A stretch of 64,000 bases of DNA from an uncultured virus (IMG/VR IMGVR_UViG_3300032002_000001) (IMGVR_UViG_3300032002_000001); one strand, 5' to 3'. Positions 18,595-26,750 are shown, counted from the stretch's first letter. Numbers and translations are program-made. Notes: generated by a model not told the origin, from the letters alone.

Positions 18595-19359
18595 TTAGGC
18601 TGGCTGCTGGTCCAGCATCCAGTCCACGATCTGGTCAGAGGTCTCCATGTCCTTTGGGATCTCCCCGATACCTTCACGCTTACACAGCGCAGCGAGGTCC
18701 CACACGTCCATGTTCCTCAGGTCAGCCTCAGAGTAGACCTTCTCCTCCTTGGGCTGCGAGCGCTGGATCTTCGCGCGCAACTTGTTGGAGTCCTCGGTCT
18801 CCTTGGCTTGTGCCTTGCTCTCCCGCACCTTGGCGTCATCACCCCAGGCCTCTTCGTAGGCCTGAGCGAGCATGGTCTCGGGGTCACGGGTGTACTGCTC
18901 GACCTCCTCGAAGTCGAACGGCTCCTTGTCCAGACCCTCTACGTCGTAGTCGTAGTTGGTCTTGTTCCCGACCTTCTCCCGCAACTGGCGGATGATGTAG
19001 TCCCGGTCTCGGATAGTGCCGATCCGCTCCCACCGCGCCTTCAGCTTGTCGGCCACGGTCTTGGGCACCTTCCACACGTTGGTGTACTGCCCATCGAAGG
19101 CATTGAAGGCGATCTTGCGGGAAGCCCGAGCCATCTTCTCCACGTCGCTGGTGCACCCCGGGCAGGACTCCCGGTTGTTGGTGCACGGGAACGGGTAGCC
19201 ACCAGGGTTGTAGTGCTCCCAGTAGTAGACCCACTTGTCGGGCTCGTCCAGGATCCTCAGGACGTTGTCACCCTCCTTGGGGTACTTCATGAACTCCTGG
19301 CCACCGCCACCCCTCGACGGCTCTGCCTTGGCTTCCTCTTCGCTCTTCCCGAACCTCAC
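18595..19359 (-). CDS. gp32-like ssDNA-binding protein
   Basis: LRIL...H...C....CPGC, RDYII, DYDV; located between primase and polymerase. Confidence 0.65.
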   Translation of the reverse strand: MRFGKSEEEAKAEPSRGGGGQEFMKYPKEGDNVLRILDEPDKWVYYWEHYNPGGYPFPCTNNRESCPGCTSDVEKMARASRKIAFNAFDGQYTNVWKVPKTVADKLKARWERIGTIRDRDYIIRQLREKVGNKTNYDYDVEGLDKEPFDFEEVEQYTRDPETMLAQAYEEAWGDDAKVRESKAQAKETEDSNKLRAKIQRSQPKEEKVYSEADLRNMDVWDLAALCKREGIGEIPKDMETSDQIVDWMLDQQPA

Positions 19360-19562
19360 TTGTAGCACTCCTCCACAGTCTTCACAGTCGCTCTCACTTC
19401 ACTCATAACCGCACCTTGGACATATTCGGAGACTCGCTCCCTCACGTCCTCTGGGTTCTCTCCATCACCAACACTCGCTGTCACACGAGCGGCCACCCAT
19501 GTCTTGTCGCCGTGGATCTTGATCTCGTGGGTGACACCGAGCTCGATCTCCTTCACCTTCAC
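19356..19562 (-). CDS. Hypothetical protein
   Basis: GTGA coupling on both sides. Confidence 0.55.
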   Translation of the reverse strand: MKVKEIELGVTHEIKIHGDKTWVAARVTASVGDGENPEDVRERVSEYVQGAVMSEVRATVKTVEECYK

Positions 19563-19876
19563 TGTGTGTTGATCACATATCCCTTCTTTGTGAAGTACTC
19601 CTCGATCTCCTCTACGTCCTCAGGGGTGAAGAGGTAGATCGTCATGTCCCCGGTCTGCACTGCCTTCGAGGGTGCCTTGACCTTGGGGTTGCCATCGTTG
19701 TCCTTGGCCTTGCACAGCCGTCGCATGGTCTCGGTATGGACACCGATCCGCTCAGCCATCTGGCGCATGGTGACGTACTCACCCTCCAGACTCTCCAGGA
19801 TGATCGTCGCTGGGGACTTCCGGGTGTTGGTCCCCGGCACGTCCTTGGAGTCGATCACCTTCACCTTCTTGGTCAC
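19559..19876 (-). CDS. MerR/excisionase-like HTH protein
   Basis: TMRQMAERIGVHTETMRR...YLFTPEDVE. Confidence 0.7.
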   Translation of the reverse strand: MTKKVKVIDSKDVPGTNTRKSPATIILESLEGEYVTMRQMAERIGVHTETMRRLCKAKDNDGNPKVKAPSKAVQTGDMTIYLFTPEDVEEIEEYFTKKGYVINTQ

Positions 19877-20292
19877 AGTTCTTCCTCGCTGTGCTCGGTG
19901 AACCGGAGGTAGGCCTTGCCAGGGGCTGTAGTCACGTGCTGGGCGACCACCATCGGGTCTACTACCCCTTCGTTCATAGCCTCTTCGAGCTTCCTCCGGT
20001 TCAGCTTCTTCTCGGTGTACTTGTCGAACACCTTGGCTGTCAGGGCCTTACGCAGGCCCTTCTCATCGATCACCGAGCGCTCACTCTTCACGTAGGTCAC
20101 CTGACGAGTGCGGCCCTCCCTACTCCACTTGTAGGACTTCTGATGCTTCTCCTCCATCTGAGCGAGGAGGGCAGCTTGGGCCTTGTCGTAGCGGGCGGTG
20201 ACGCGCGCCAGCTCAGCCTTGGCGTCTAGGTACTCTTCGAGGACAGGATCCGCAGCCTCGACTGGGTCCTGGTGGATTCGGGTGATCTGCAT
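19873..20292 (-). CDS. Conserved phage protein (coiled coil plus beta region)
   Basis: ATG 20292 lies 7 nt after a TGnTAGAGT element. Confidence 0.6.
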   Translation of the reverse strand: MQITRIHQDPVEAADPVLEEYLDAKAELARVTARYDKAQAALLAQMEEKHQKSYKWSREGRTRQVTYVKSERSVIDEKGLRKALTAKVFDKYTEKKLNRRKLEEAMNEGVVDPMVVAQHVTTAPGKAYLRFTEHSEEEL

Positions 20293-21131
20293 GACTGAGA
20301 CTCTACACACGACAGGTCACCAGACACAACATCACGGAGCACAAACTTCCGGCGAACGTGAGAAAGTTCGTCCACGTCCTTGCCCCACGACCTCGGCCAG
20401 GTCAGTCGCACCACCCTGCGGTGCTTGAATGCCCGCTTGGTCTCCAGGTAGGCCTTCCAGCCAGCGTCGTCGTTGTCGTAGGCGGTGTAGATCACCCCAG
20501 GATCCACCCGGTCAATGAGGCGTGCTTGCTCGGTACTGAGATGACTTCCGTAGATAGCGAAGGCATCCACGCCCACGTTCCAGCATGCGATGGCGTCAAC
20601 TGCGCCCTCCACGAGCACGGCGACGGAGCGGGCTTCGGGGGTGTAGTTGAAGAGGAGTCGTCCGACATCGACTCCAGCCGGGTAGAGGTACTTGGGACCG
20701 GATCGATCCTCTCGTAGTGAACGTCGCACCACACCCAACACCTGTCCGGATGGGTCTCGCAGGGGATAGGTTGCAGCGTCTTGTTCAGGGTCGTACCCCA
20801 GTCGGAAATGAGTCGCCGCAGTTCTTCCCACACGGGTCTCCCAATAACTATGTACCGGTCCCGCATCGAAACGGCTGAGCCATGACTCGGGGTAGACACG
20901 TCCTTGCTCCATCTTCTGCTCGAACCAGATCCTCATCTCCTCGTAGTCGGGTTCGATCAGGGCATCCTCCCCGGTCACCCCACCACGAGCACCACAGGTG
21001 TAGCAGTACCAGACGCGCTTCACCATGTTCACCGAGGCCGAGGGACGAGAGTCCCCGTGCACCGGGCAGAGGAAGGATCGCTCCGTCCCATGCCCATAGA
21101 CGATGGCCTCGTGCAGGGTCATCGCCCTCAC
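20226..21131 (-). CDS. dnaG: DNA primase (zinc finger plus TOPRIM)
   Basis: CPVH..D..PS...CYTC; PKY; LVEGAVD; YDNDDAG; KD. Confidence 0.85.
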   Translation of the reverse strand: MRAMTLHEAIVYGHGTERSFLCPVHGDSRPSASVNMVKRVWYCYTCGARGGVTGEDALIEPDYEEMRIWFEQKMEQGRVYPESWLSRFDAGPVHSYWETRVGRTAATHFRLGYDPEQDAATYPLRDPSGQVLGVVRRSLREDRSGPKYLYPAGVDVGRLLFNYTPEARSVAVLVEGAVDAIACWNVGVDAFAIYGSHLSTEQARLIDRVDPGVIYTAYDNDDAGWKAYLETKRAFKHRRVVRLTWPRSWGKDVDELSHVRRKFVLRDVVSGDLSCVESQSCRSPESTRTQSRLRILSSKST

Positions 21132-21277
21132 AAGGGTGATCCCTCACAACAGCTGTTCTTGTGCTTGCACTCCGGGCACAGCCAGCGGTATTTGATCGGA
21201 TCGAACCAGCTGTAGCAGTTGACGCACTCCATCTTGTGCTCCAGGGGAAGTGGTTGGTCCTCCAGCGCGTACTTCAT
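21128..21277 (-). CDS. 49-aa zinc-ribbon microprotein
   Basis: Hand-translated ...MECVNC...WLCPECKHKNSCCEG. Confidence 0.55.
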   Translation of the reverse strand: MKYALEDQPLPLEHKMECVNCYSWFDPIKYRWLCPECKHKNSCCEGSPL

Positions 21278-21432
21278 CGCCATCTCCAGGGTGAGACCTG
21301 GTAGTAGTGGTGCACACCGTCACAGTCCTCCAGGGTGCACTCCCACAGCCTCTTCTTGTCGTTGGAGAACTCGGTCCCGCAGGGTCCTACGTTCAGGTAG
21401 TGCCTCTTGTACTCGATCTTGGGCAGTCTCAT
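21274..21432 (-). CDS. 52-aa Cys/His microprotein
   Basis: Hand-translated MRLPKIEYKRHYLNVGPCG...WECTLEDCDGVHH; coupled to both neighbours. Confidence 0.5.
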   Translation of the reverse strand: MRLPKIEYKRHYLNVGPCGTEFSNDKKRLWECTLEDCDGVHHYYQVSPWRWR

Positions 21433-22685
21433 AGTGGCTCCGCAGCGTTGACCAGGTCCTCGACCTCGTCGCGGCTGATCTCATCGAAGACCCCGAGGTC
21501 GGGGTCGAACTTGGTGTAGAACTTCCCACTCGGTCCGTGCCGGTTCCCTTCCACCGATATAGCCGTCGCCACGTTGTGGGGTTTCGCGCGCATCGTGCAG
21601 ATCACATCTCCGTCCTGTCCGAGGGCGTCCGAGCCAGCCAGGTTGGCCAGCCTCGGGGGCTCTGATCCGGTCTCGCCGTCCCGGTTGATCTGGGAGGCCA
21701 CCAGCATCGCGGTCTTCTGTTGAGCGGCGGTGAGCTTCAGGTCGTTGGAGATCGAGGCCAGCACCCGCCAGTCGTCTACGGCCCGAGAGCCTCCGTCAGC
21801 CCGCATCAGGCCGATGTAGTCCACGACGTTCAGGTCGTACTCCCCAGCGCTCGCTGCGATCACTCCTGGGGTCACCAGGCCCTCCGCAGGGGTGTGGATG
21901 TCGATGTGTCCACCCCGGTCGTCCAGCAGGTCCTGGAGCACGCCCATGAACCCCTTGTAGGTGTGCCGGTCCACCTTCTTCTCCCTGATGTTGGTCAGGG
22001 TGATCTCCTTGAACTCCTTCCTGCCCTTGCTCACCAGGTAGGTGGCGTACGCCGCGTGGAACCGAGCCCGGACCTCGGCCTCGCTCATCTCCAGGGAGTA
22101 GAACTTCACCCGGCAGCCGTCCATCACCGCCCGCTTCACGAAGTTGACCAGGTGGGCTGACTTCCCGTTCTTCGGTCTCGCAGCCAGGTACCAGATCTGT
22201 CCCGGCCGGATCCCTCCGGTGAGCCGCTGCAGAGAGCGGTAGGGCACCTCGATACACGAAGACCCCGACTCCCAGTCATCTAGGAAGTCGAGGTCAGTGA
22301 GCACTCGCCGGGGCTTCGGGTTGGTCCGGAGCGGTTCGGCCTGCGCCAGTGTGGACCAGGCCTCGTGGATCTCTCCCACCTGCAACAGGTCGTAGGCGTT
22401 GGAGATCGCCTCGGTGATGTCCCGCTTCGCGTAGGCCTTGAACACCATGTCCACCGCGCTCCGCACGTCCTCGTGCTCGGAGAAGGTGAAGTGCGGGAAC
22501 GCCTCCTTGAAGGCGTCCTTGGAGGGGTCGGTGCCGTACCGCTCGTAGTAGTTGAGCAGCCAGTTGTACTCAGCCTGGTACCCGATGAAGTGCTCGGGCC
22601 TCAGACCGTAGGACCGGCCTGCAGTCACGTCGTGGTTGTTCAGGAGGGCAGAGATGGCAAGGGCTTCGCCAGACAGGATGGGCAC
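21429..22685 (-). CDS. dnaB: DnaB-like replicative helicase
   Basis: Walker A AARPKNGKS, SLEM, VVDYIGL, SQINR, LAGSDALGQDGD, NRHG. Confidence 0.92.
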   Translation of the reverse strand: MPILSGEALAISALLNNHDVTAGRSYGLRPEHFIGYQAEYNWLLNYYERYGTDPSKDAFKEAFPHFTFSEHEDVRSAVDMVFKAYAKRDITEAISNAYDLLQVGEIHEAWSTLAQAEPLRTNPKPRRVLTDLDFLDDWESGSSCIEVPYRSLQRLTGGIRPGQIWYLAARPKNGKSAHLVNFVKRAVMDGCRVKFYSLEMSEAEVRARFHAAYATYLVSKGRKEFKEITLTNIREKKVDRHTYKGFMGVLQDLLDDRGGHIDIHTPAEGLVTPGVIAASAGEYDLNVVDYIGLMRADGGSRAVDDWRVLASISNDLKLTAAQQKTAMLVASQINRDGETGSEPPRLANLAGSDALGQDGDVICTMRAKPHNVATAISVEGNRHGPSGKFYTKFDPDLGVFDEISRDEVEDLVNAAEPL

Positions 22686-22742
22686 TTGGGGAATCCTTCA
22701 GTTGTACGGACGGACACACCATACACGGTGTGTGTAGTTTGT

Positions 22743-23126
22743 CTAGACTGAGATGTAGTGACGGACTCGATCCGGCCAGACGTACCTCTCCCGCATGACA
22801 ACGTCACCGGGCTCGTGGTAGAGCGTCTCCTTCCGGAAGACGTACTCCGTGAGCACCCGGATCCCCCCGTTGTGGGGGCAGGGACGGGGGTGGGACTTGT
22901 TGCAGTCGGGGCAGTAGCGCTTGATGAACTTCCCGCGCGGGGCGTCGGGGTAACACCTCAGGCAGGGACGCTGGTCTCGGATCTCATCCAGATCCACCTC
23001 ACGGGGAACCCCACGTTCCCCTCGGGGTGGCTTCTTGGTGATGTGGTAGCAGTCAGCCTCGCGGTGGAACACCTGATGTGATCCTTCTCCCACGAGGTAG
23101 ACCATTGGCATGGGAGGACGGTACAC
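22743..23126 (-). CDS. Cys/His-rich zinc-binding protein
   Basis: FH...DC, PCLRC, CPDC...CPH. Confidence 0.55.
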   Translation of the reverse strand: MYRPPMPMVYLVGEGSHQVFHREADCYHITKKPPRGERGVPREVDLDEIRDQRPCLRCYPDAPRGKFIKRYCPDCNKSHPRPCPHNGGIRVLTEYVFRKETLYHEPGDVVMRERYVWPDRVRHYISV

Positions 23127-23241
23127 CCGCTCCGGACGTGAAGGAACCCCCGGAGCTTCAGCTCGACGGGGGTCCTCCTCAGGCTGTTAGAGCCCACCTC
23201 TTCCCCAAGACCTCTTCCTGTCCAGAGAGGTAACACTCAGA

Positions 23242-23270
23242 AAGTTACAGGACAGCCTAGACACACGCAA
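23242..23270 (-). promoter_or_regulatory. Leftward promoter for the replication operon
   Basis: TTGCGT-17-TAACTT on the minus strand. Confidence 0.5.
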
Positions 23271-23459
23271 CCACCGGGTGTACCTTGCCCGTATTCCCCA
23301 AGTGCCCTCACCTGGACCAGAGAGAAGTTGATGCAATTGTCCTAGACCAGTGAGTACCTCACCCAGGTGAGCGGGTACGGCCCTGGGTCACCAACTAACC
23401 GTAGTACAGGACAACCGAGGCGCGACGACTTCACGGAGTCACCACCCACTGCCTCTAAG

Positions 23460-23473
23460 CGAACATGTGTTCG
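23460..23473. promoter_or_regulatory. LexA (SOS) box
   Basis: CGAAC-ATGT-GTTCG matches the Gram-positive/actinobacterial CGAAC-N4-GTTCG consensus. Confidence 0.65.
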
Positions 23474-23585
23474 TTAGTGACCTGCAGGCTCGCCAAAGGG
23501 TCGGTCTATGTCTTAGACCAGGATGATCTCTCTACTCTCACCAGGTTTTCTTCGATACCCAGTGCCATTGCTGTAGAGAGTAGAG

Positions 23586-23596
23586 TGTGGTACAGT
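23586..23596 (+). promoter_or_regulatory. Extended -10 promoter P0
   Basis: TGTGGTACAGT. Confidence 0.55.
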
Positions 23597-23601
23597 AGTT
23601 C

Positions 23602-23752
23602 CGTAGTCCCCACCCAGAGGCAAAAGTTCCTCACAGTGGTGTAGTGGTACTACCGTCCCAGTAGGGAGCGAAACTACCCCCAGGTAGTTCCCTAGCTGGT
23701 TACCCCCGAAGGATGAGACATATGAGCTCTAGGCCTTCGGGGTTGTTTATTT
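23602..23752 (+). ncRNA. Candidate ~150-nt three-hairpin sRNA
   Basis: Lies between P0 and the hairpin CCCCGAAGG/CCTTCGGGG plus T-rich tail; no credible ORF. Confidence 0.45.
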
Positions 23753-23760
23753 GTGGTGTG

Positions 23761-23771
23761 TATGGTATGCT
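23761..23771 (+). promoter_or_regulatory. Extended -10 promoter P1
   Basis: TATGGTATGCT preceded by a GTGGTGTG tract. Confidence 0.6.
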
Positions 23772-23889
23772 TAATCCATCTCCTTGGGACCCCTATGTAC
23801 TGAGAAGTTAGGCAAGGGGTCAGGAGATAGCCCTCGTGGTGATCACTCACCCGGGGGTTTTTTCATGCCCAAGAAAAGAGGAACAGCTG

Positions 23890-24195
23890 ATGTACACCTT
23901 GCAAGACGCCCTTCAGGGCAAACCAATGCCGGAGGAGTTCCTCCGGACCTGCAGTACCGAAGTGATCCAGATCTGTTACCAGTCCATGGAAACGACTCTG
24001 GAGATCGTCCAGGAAAAGATCAAGGCCACCGAGGCCCTCCTGGAAGTCTGTTCTCCTCTCGGTGAAGGGAAACCAGACCGGGAAGAGACTCTCCGGGAAC
24101 TCCGAGCAGCTCTTGATGAGCTGATCCTCTACACCCGGGATCTCCACGAACAGCAACTCCGGATGGAGAAGATCCTCCAGGAGAGATCCTCATGA
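23890..24195 (+). CDS. Early coiled-coil protein
   Basis: AAAAGAGGAACAGC leader before ATG 23890. Confidence 0.65.
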   Translation: MYTLQDALQGKPMPEEFLRTCSTEVIQICYQSMETTLEIVQEKIKATEALLEVCSPLGEGKPDREETLRELRAALDELILYTRDLHEQQLRMEKILQERSS

Positions 24196-24446
24196 AGCCC
24201 TTCGAGGAGATCGAGGTAGAACGGTTGGCTATCCGTTCTGAGTTCGACCGGTTGAAGAAACTCGACCCGGTCTTCATGACTCGGAAAGAACTCCGCCAGA
24301 TGGATAGGGACTTCGACAAGCTCCTTCGGCGGATCAACCTTTGGAATCACGCAGTTCTGGAGTACGCCATGGAACAAGAGGTGGAACTCCTGGAGGCTAG
24401 TGCTCAACTGAAAGAGGTTCGGGCACGACTCGGTTACATCGACTAG
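24192..24446 (+). CDS. Coiled-coil hypothetical protein
   Basis: ATGA overlap, GGAG RBS. Confidence 0.6.
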   Translation: MKPFEEIEVERLAIRSEFDRLKKLDPVFMTRKELRQMDRDFDKLLRRINLWNHAVLEYAMEQEVELLEASAQLKEVRARLGYID

Positions 24447-24591
24447 ATCTCCTCTGGAGATCCTCAGACCTATCTGGGTCTTTGCATGCTTGACATGGAA
24501 CTACACGAAAGGACAACCCCGATCTGCGGGGGTAGGGAGTTAGCTGTTCCTCCTTACCCCCGCTTTGTCATGAACAGCTAAGGAGAACATC

Positions 24592-24906
24592 GTGATTGCA
24601 CATTGGGTGAAAGTGATCTACCTGGCTCTGTTCCTGGTGGATCTCTGGGTGATGACCAACCTCTGGAATGTCCTCGGAGGTGGGGTCTACGGGATCTTGA
24701 TCGTTGCCTTCGGGATCCTGAACCTCACCATCGGGATGGGGGTCATCCAGATGGCCTACCTCTACTCCTTCCGCAAGGAGATGGAGGAGGAAGAGGACCA
24801 GGAGATCGAGGTCCACACCTTCCACTACACCGTGGAGAAGGATCCCGACTCCAAGGTGATTCAGCTGATCGACTCTCGGGAACCGGATCTACCTCCCGTG
24901 TCATGA
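24592..24906 (+). CDS. Two-TM membrane protein
   Basis: Two hydrophobic helices, acidic tail, AAGGAG RBS. Confidence 0.65.
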   Translation: MIAHWVKVIYLALFLVDLWVMTNLWNVLGGGVYGILIVAFGILNLTIGMGVIQMAYLYSFRKEMEEEEDQEIEVHTFHYTVEKDPDSKVIQLIDSREPDLPPVS

Positions 24907-25139
24907 CGATTCGGGAACAGATCATCACCGTCAAGGTGACCTGGGACGACCTGGAGGAAGACGGCTGTCTTCCTCAGGACGTTGAAGGATGCTGTGGGGA
25001 GGCGTGTGAAAACACGGTTCCCTCTGCCGCGACGAAAGTCGTGGAAACCATGGAGTGCTGCGGTGGATGCCGAAAGGTGGAAGTCCTGCAGTCCACGGAA
25101 CCTCGTGAGGTGCTCAGCCAGAGCACCTTCAACAGTTAA
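24903..25139 (+). CDS. Cys-rich hypothetical protein
   Basis: MTIREQIITVKVTW...CC...C...CCGGC. Confidence 0.5.
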   Translation: MTIREQIITVKVTWDDLEEDGCLPQDVEGCCGEACENTVPSAATKVVETMECCGGCRKVEVLQSTEPREVLSQSTFNS

Positions 25140-25149
25140 GGAGAACTGG

Positions 25150-25494
25150 TTGAAAAGTGTTGCCGATTACCTCGCGGACACCCGCGAGTACATCGATCAG
25201 AAGGGCTGGACCCAGGGTCGTTACCGGGACCTCAACACGGGTGCAGTCTGTTCCCTCGGGGGCATTCAGCAGGTGCTGGTCCAGGATGGTGTGGATCTGA
25301 GCACTGGTCAGGGACTGCGCCTTTTCCACACAGTTGCTGAAGCCTTTGCCAAGGTGGTCAGGACGAGGATCTCATCCACAGCCACCATTGCGGTGTGGAA
25401 CGACACCCCCACTCGTACCAAGCAGGAAGTGCTGGACGCCTTTGCCAAGGCCGAGAAGATCGAGAGGGCGGGTTTCGACCCTGATGCCCAATGA
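25150..25494 (+). CDS. DUF6197-like protein, paralogue 1
   Basis: TTG with AAGGAG; GWTQG...CSLG...WND.P.RT..EVL. Confidence 0.65.
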   Translation: MKSVADYLADTREYIDQKGWTQGRYRDLNTGAVCSLGGIQQVLVQDGVDLSTGQGLRLFHTVAEAFAKVVRTRISSTATIAVWNDTPTRTKQEVLDAFAKAEKIERAGFDPDAQ

Positions 25495-25865
25495 AGCCAG
25501 TCGCGGACATCCTCGCGGACGCTCGGGAGTACATCGAAAAGCACGGGTGGACTCAGTTCACGCTGAGATCACCTGGGCGCAACGTGTGCTCCATCGGTGC
25601 CATCTGCTACAGCCAGAAGTGGTACGGCGACAACGTGCTGGCAGAACGTCAAGAGGAGCTTCAGGCTGTTTCTCGGGCTCTGGTCAAGATCGTGGGCAAA
25701 AGGTCCGAGTATCCCGGTATGACGCCAGTCGACCGGGTGATGGACTGGAACGACGACCTGGAAACCTCCACCCGGGAAAAGAAGAAGAAGGCCAAGCAGG
25801 AGGTCCTGGACACCTTCGCCAAGGCCGAGAAAATCGAACGCGCGGGTTTCGACCCGGACGCGTAA
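25491..25865 (+). CDS. DUF6197-like protein, paralogue 2
   Basis: GWTQ...CSIGAI...WND; C-terminus nearly identical to paralogue 1. Confidence 0.7.
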   Translation: MKPVADILADAREYIEKHGWTQFTLRSPGRNVCSIGAICYSQKWYGDNVLAERQEELQAVSRALVKIVGKRSEYPGMTPVDRVMDWNDDLETSTREKKKKAKQEVLDTFAKAEKIERAGFDPDA

Positions 25866-25947
25866 CAGACCCGGTGGGGTGGGTGACCCGAGACACCTGC
25901 CCCACCGGCTTCATGGAGAATCTCGGACCGATGAAAGGAAAGAGAAG

Positions 25948-26181
25948 TTGGCAGAACAGCGCACCATGAAGGTCTTGGACCGGTCCGGTCACAAGACACT
26001 CACCTGGGATCCCACCGACGTGGGCACCCAGGATGAGGTTCGGGCAAAGTTCGAGGAGATGGTCCAGGGGCAGCACTTCCTGGCCTACACCTTGGACGCC
26101 AACAAGGAGAAGGGCGAGGTGATCCGTGAGTTCGATCCGGAGGCGGATATCGTCCTTGCTCCGCAGAACCAGGGCGGCTAA
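25948..26181 (+). CDS. Small protein ending in Gly-Gly (ubiquitin-like candidate)
   Basis: TTG 25948 or ATG 25966; ...FDPEADIVLAPQNQGG-stop. Confidence 0.7.
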   Translation: MAEQRTMKVLDRSGHKTLTWDPTDVGTQDEVRAKFEEMVQGQHFLAYTLDANKEKGEVIREFDPEADIVLAPQNQGG

Positions 26182-26578
26182 GCAGCCTCCCCCCGAACCA
26201 AAGCCGAGAGGGTGGGTTCTTTCTAAAGACCTGCCCTCCTACGTGACCCCTGAACACCGGGCGAAGTCGCTCCTGAAGGATGTGCTCTCCGAGAGTGAGT
26301 ACAAGGAGTACCAACGGACCGGAAAGATCCTCATCACCGCCTCCGATGGGACGCGGTGGGAGATCGGGACGGACTCGTATTCGGGCAACCTGAAGGACAT
26401 CAAGAATCGTAGACAGATCTGCGCTCACCCGCAGATGACCATCTACGAACGCGATGCCTACGGGTACGTCATCAGTACGGGCCGTCTTCCCTATGCCGAT
26501 GCCTGGGTAGCTCAGATCCTGGAGCTGAAGACTGACGCCGACCGCGTCAGAGAAGTTGGCTACGGCTACGCCTACTAG
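26126..26578 (+). CDS. Cys-containing partner of the GG protein (start uncertain)
   Basis: RAKSLL...ICAHP...LPYADAWVAQILELKTD. Confidence 0.65.
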   Translation: MSSIRRRISSLLRRTRAAKQPPPEPKPRGWVLSKDLPSYVTPEHRAKSLLKDVLSESEYKEYQRTGKILITASDGTRWEIGTDSYSGNLKDIKNRRQICAHPQMTIYERDAYGYVISTGRLPYADAWVAQILELKTDADRVREVGYGYAY

Positions 26579-26642
26579 ATCTACAACTGAATAGCAGGGG
26601 CGGGGTTCTGTCGAGTAACCCCCATTGCCCCGTCCCTGCCTG

Positions 26643-26716
26643 GGGTTTATAGCTCAACTGGATAGAGCGCCGGTCTACGGAACCGGAGGTTGCGGGTTCG
26701 AATCCTGCTAAGCCCA
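26643..26716 (+). tRNA. tRNA-Arg(ACG)
   Basis: Acceptor GGGTTTA/TAAGCCC, D arm GCTC/GAGC, anticodon arm CCGGT-CTACGGA-ACCGG, T loop TTCGAAT; CCA not encoded. Confidence 0.95.
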
Positions 26717-26750
26717 CGCAGTACCCAACACACCAACAAGGAGAACAGCT

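Noticed and set aside
18518..18677. N-terminal extension of DnaE given by the ORF track
   Set aside because: Overlaps the SSB gene and an intergenic hairpin; the RBS-supported GTG is at 18518
23612..23640. GGCAAA as a c-di-GMP-I riboswitch
   Set aside because: The remainder of the consensus and the GNRA/receptor arrangement are absent
25418..25862. Near-duplicate 70-bp segments as a DGR template/variable repeat
   Set aside because: Differences are mostly synonymous and not adenine-specific; no reverse transcriptase seen
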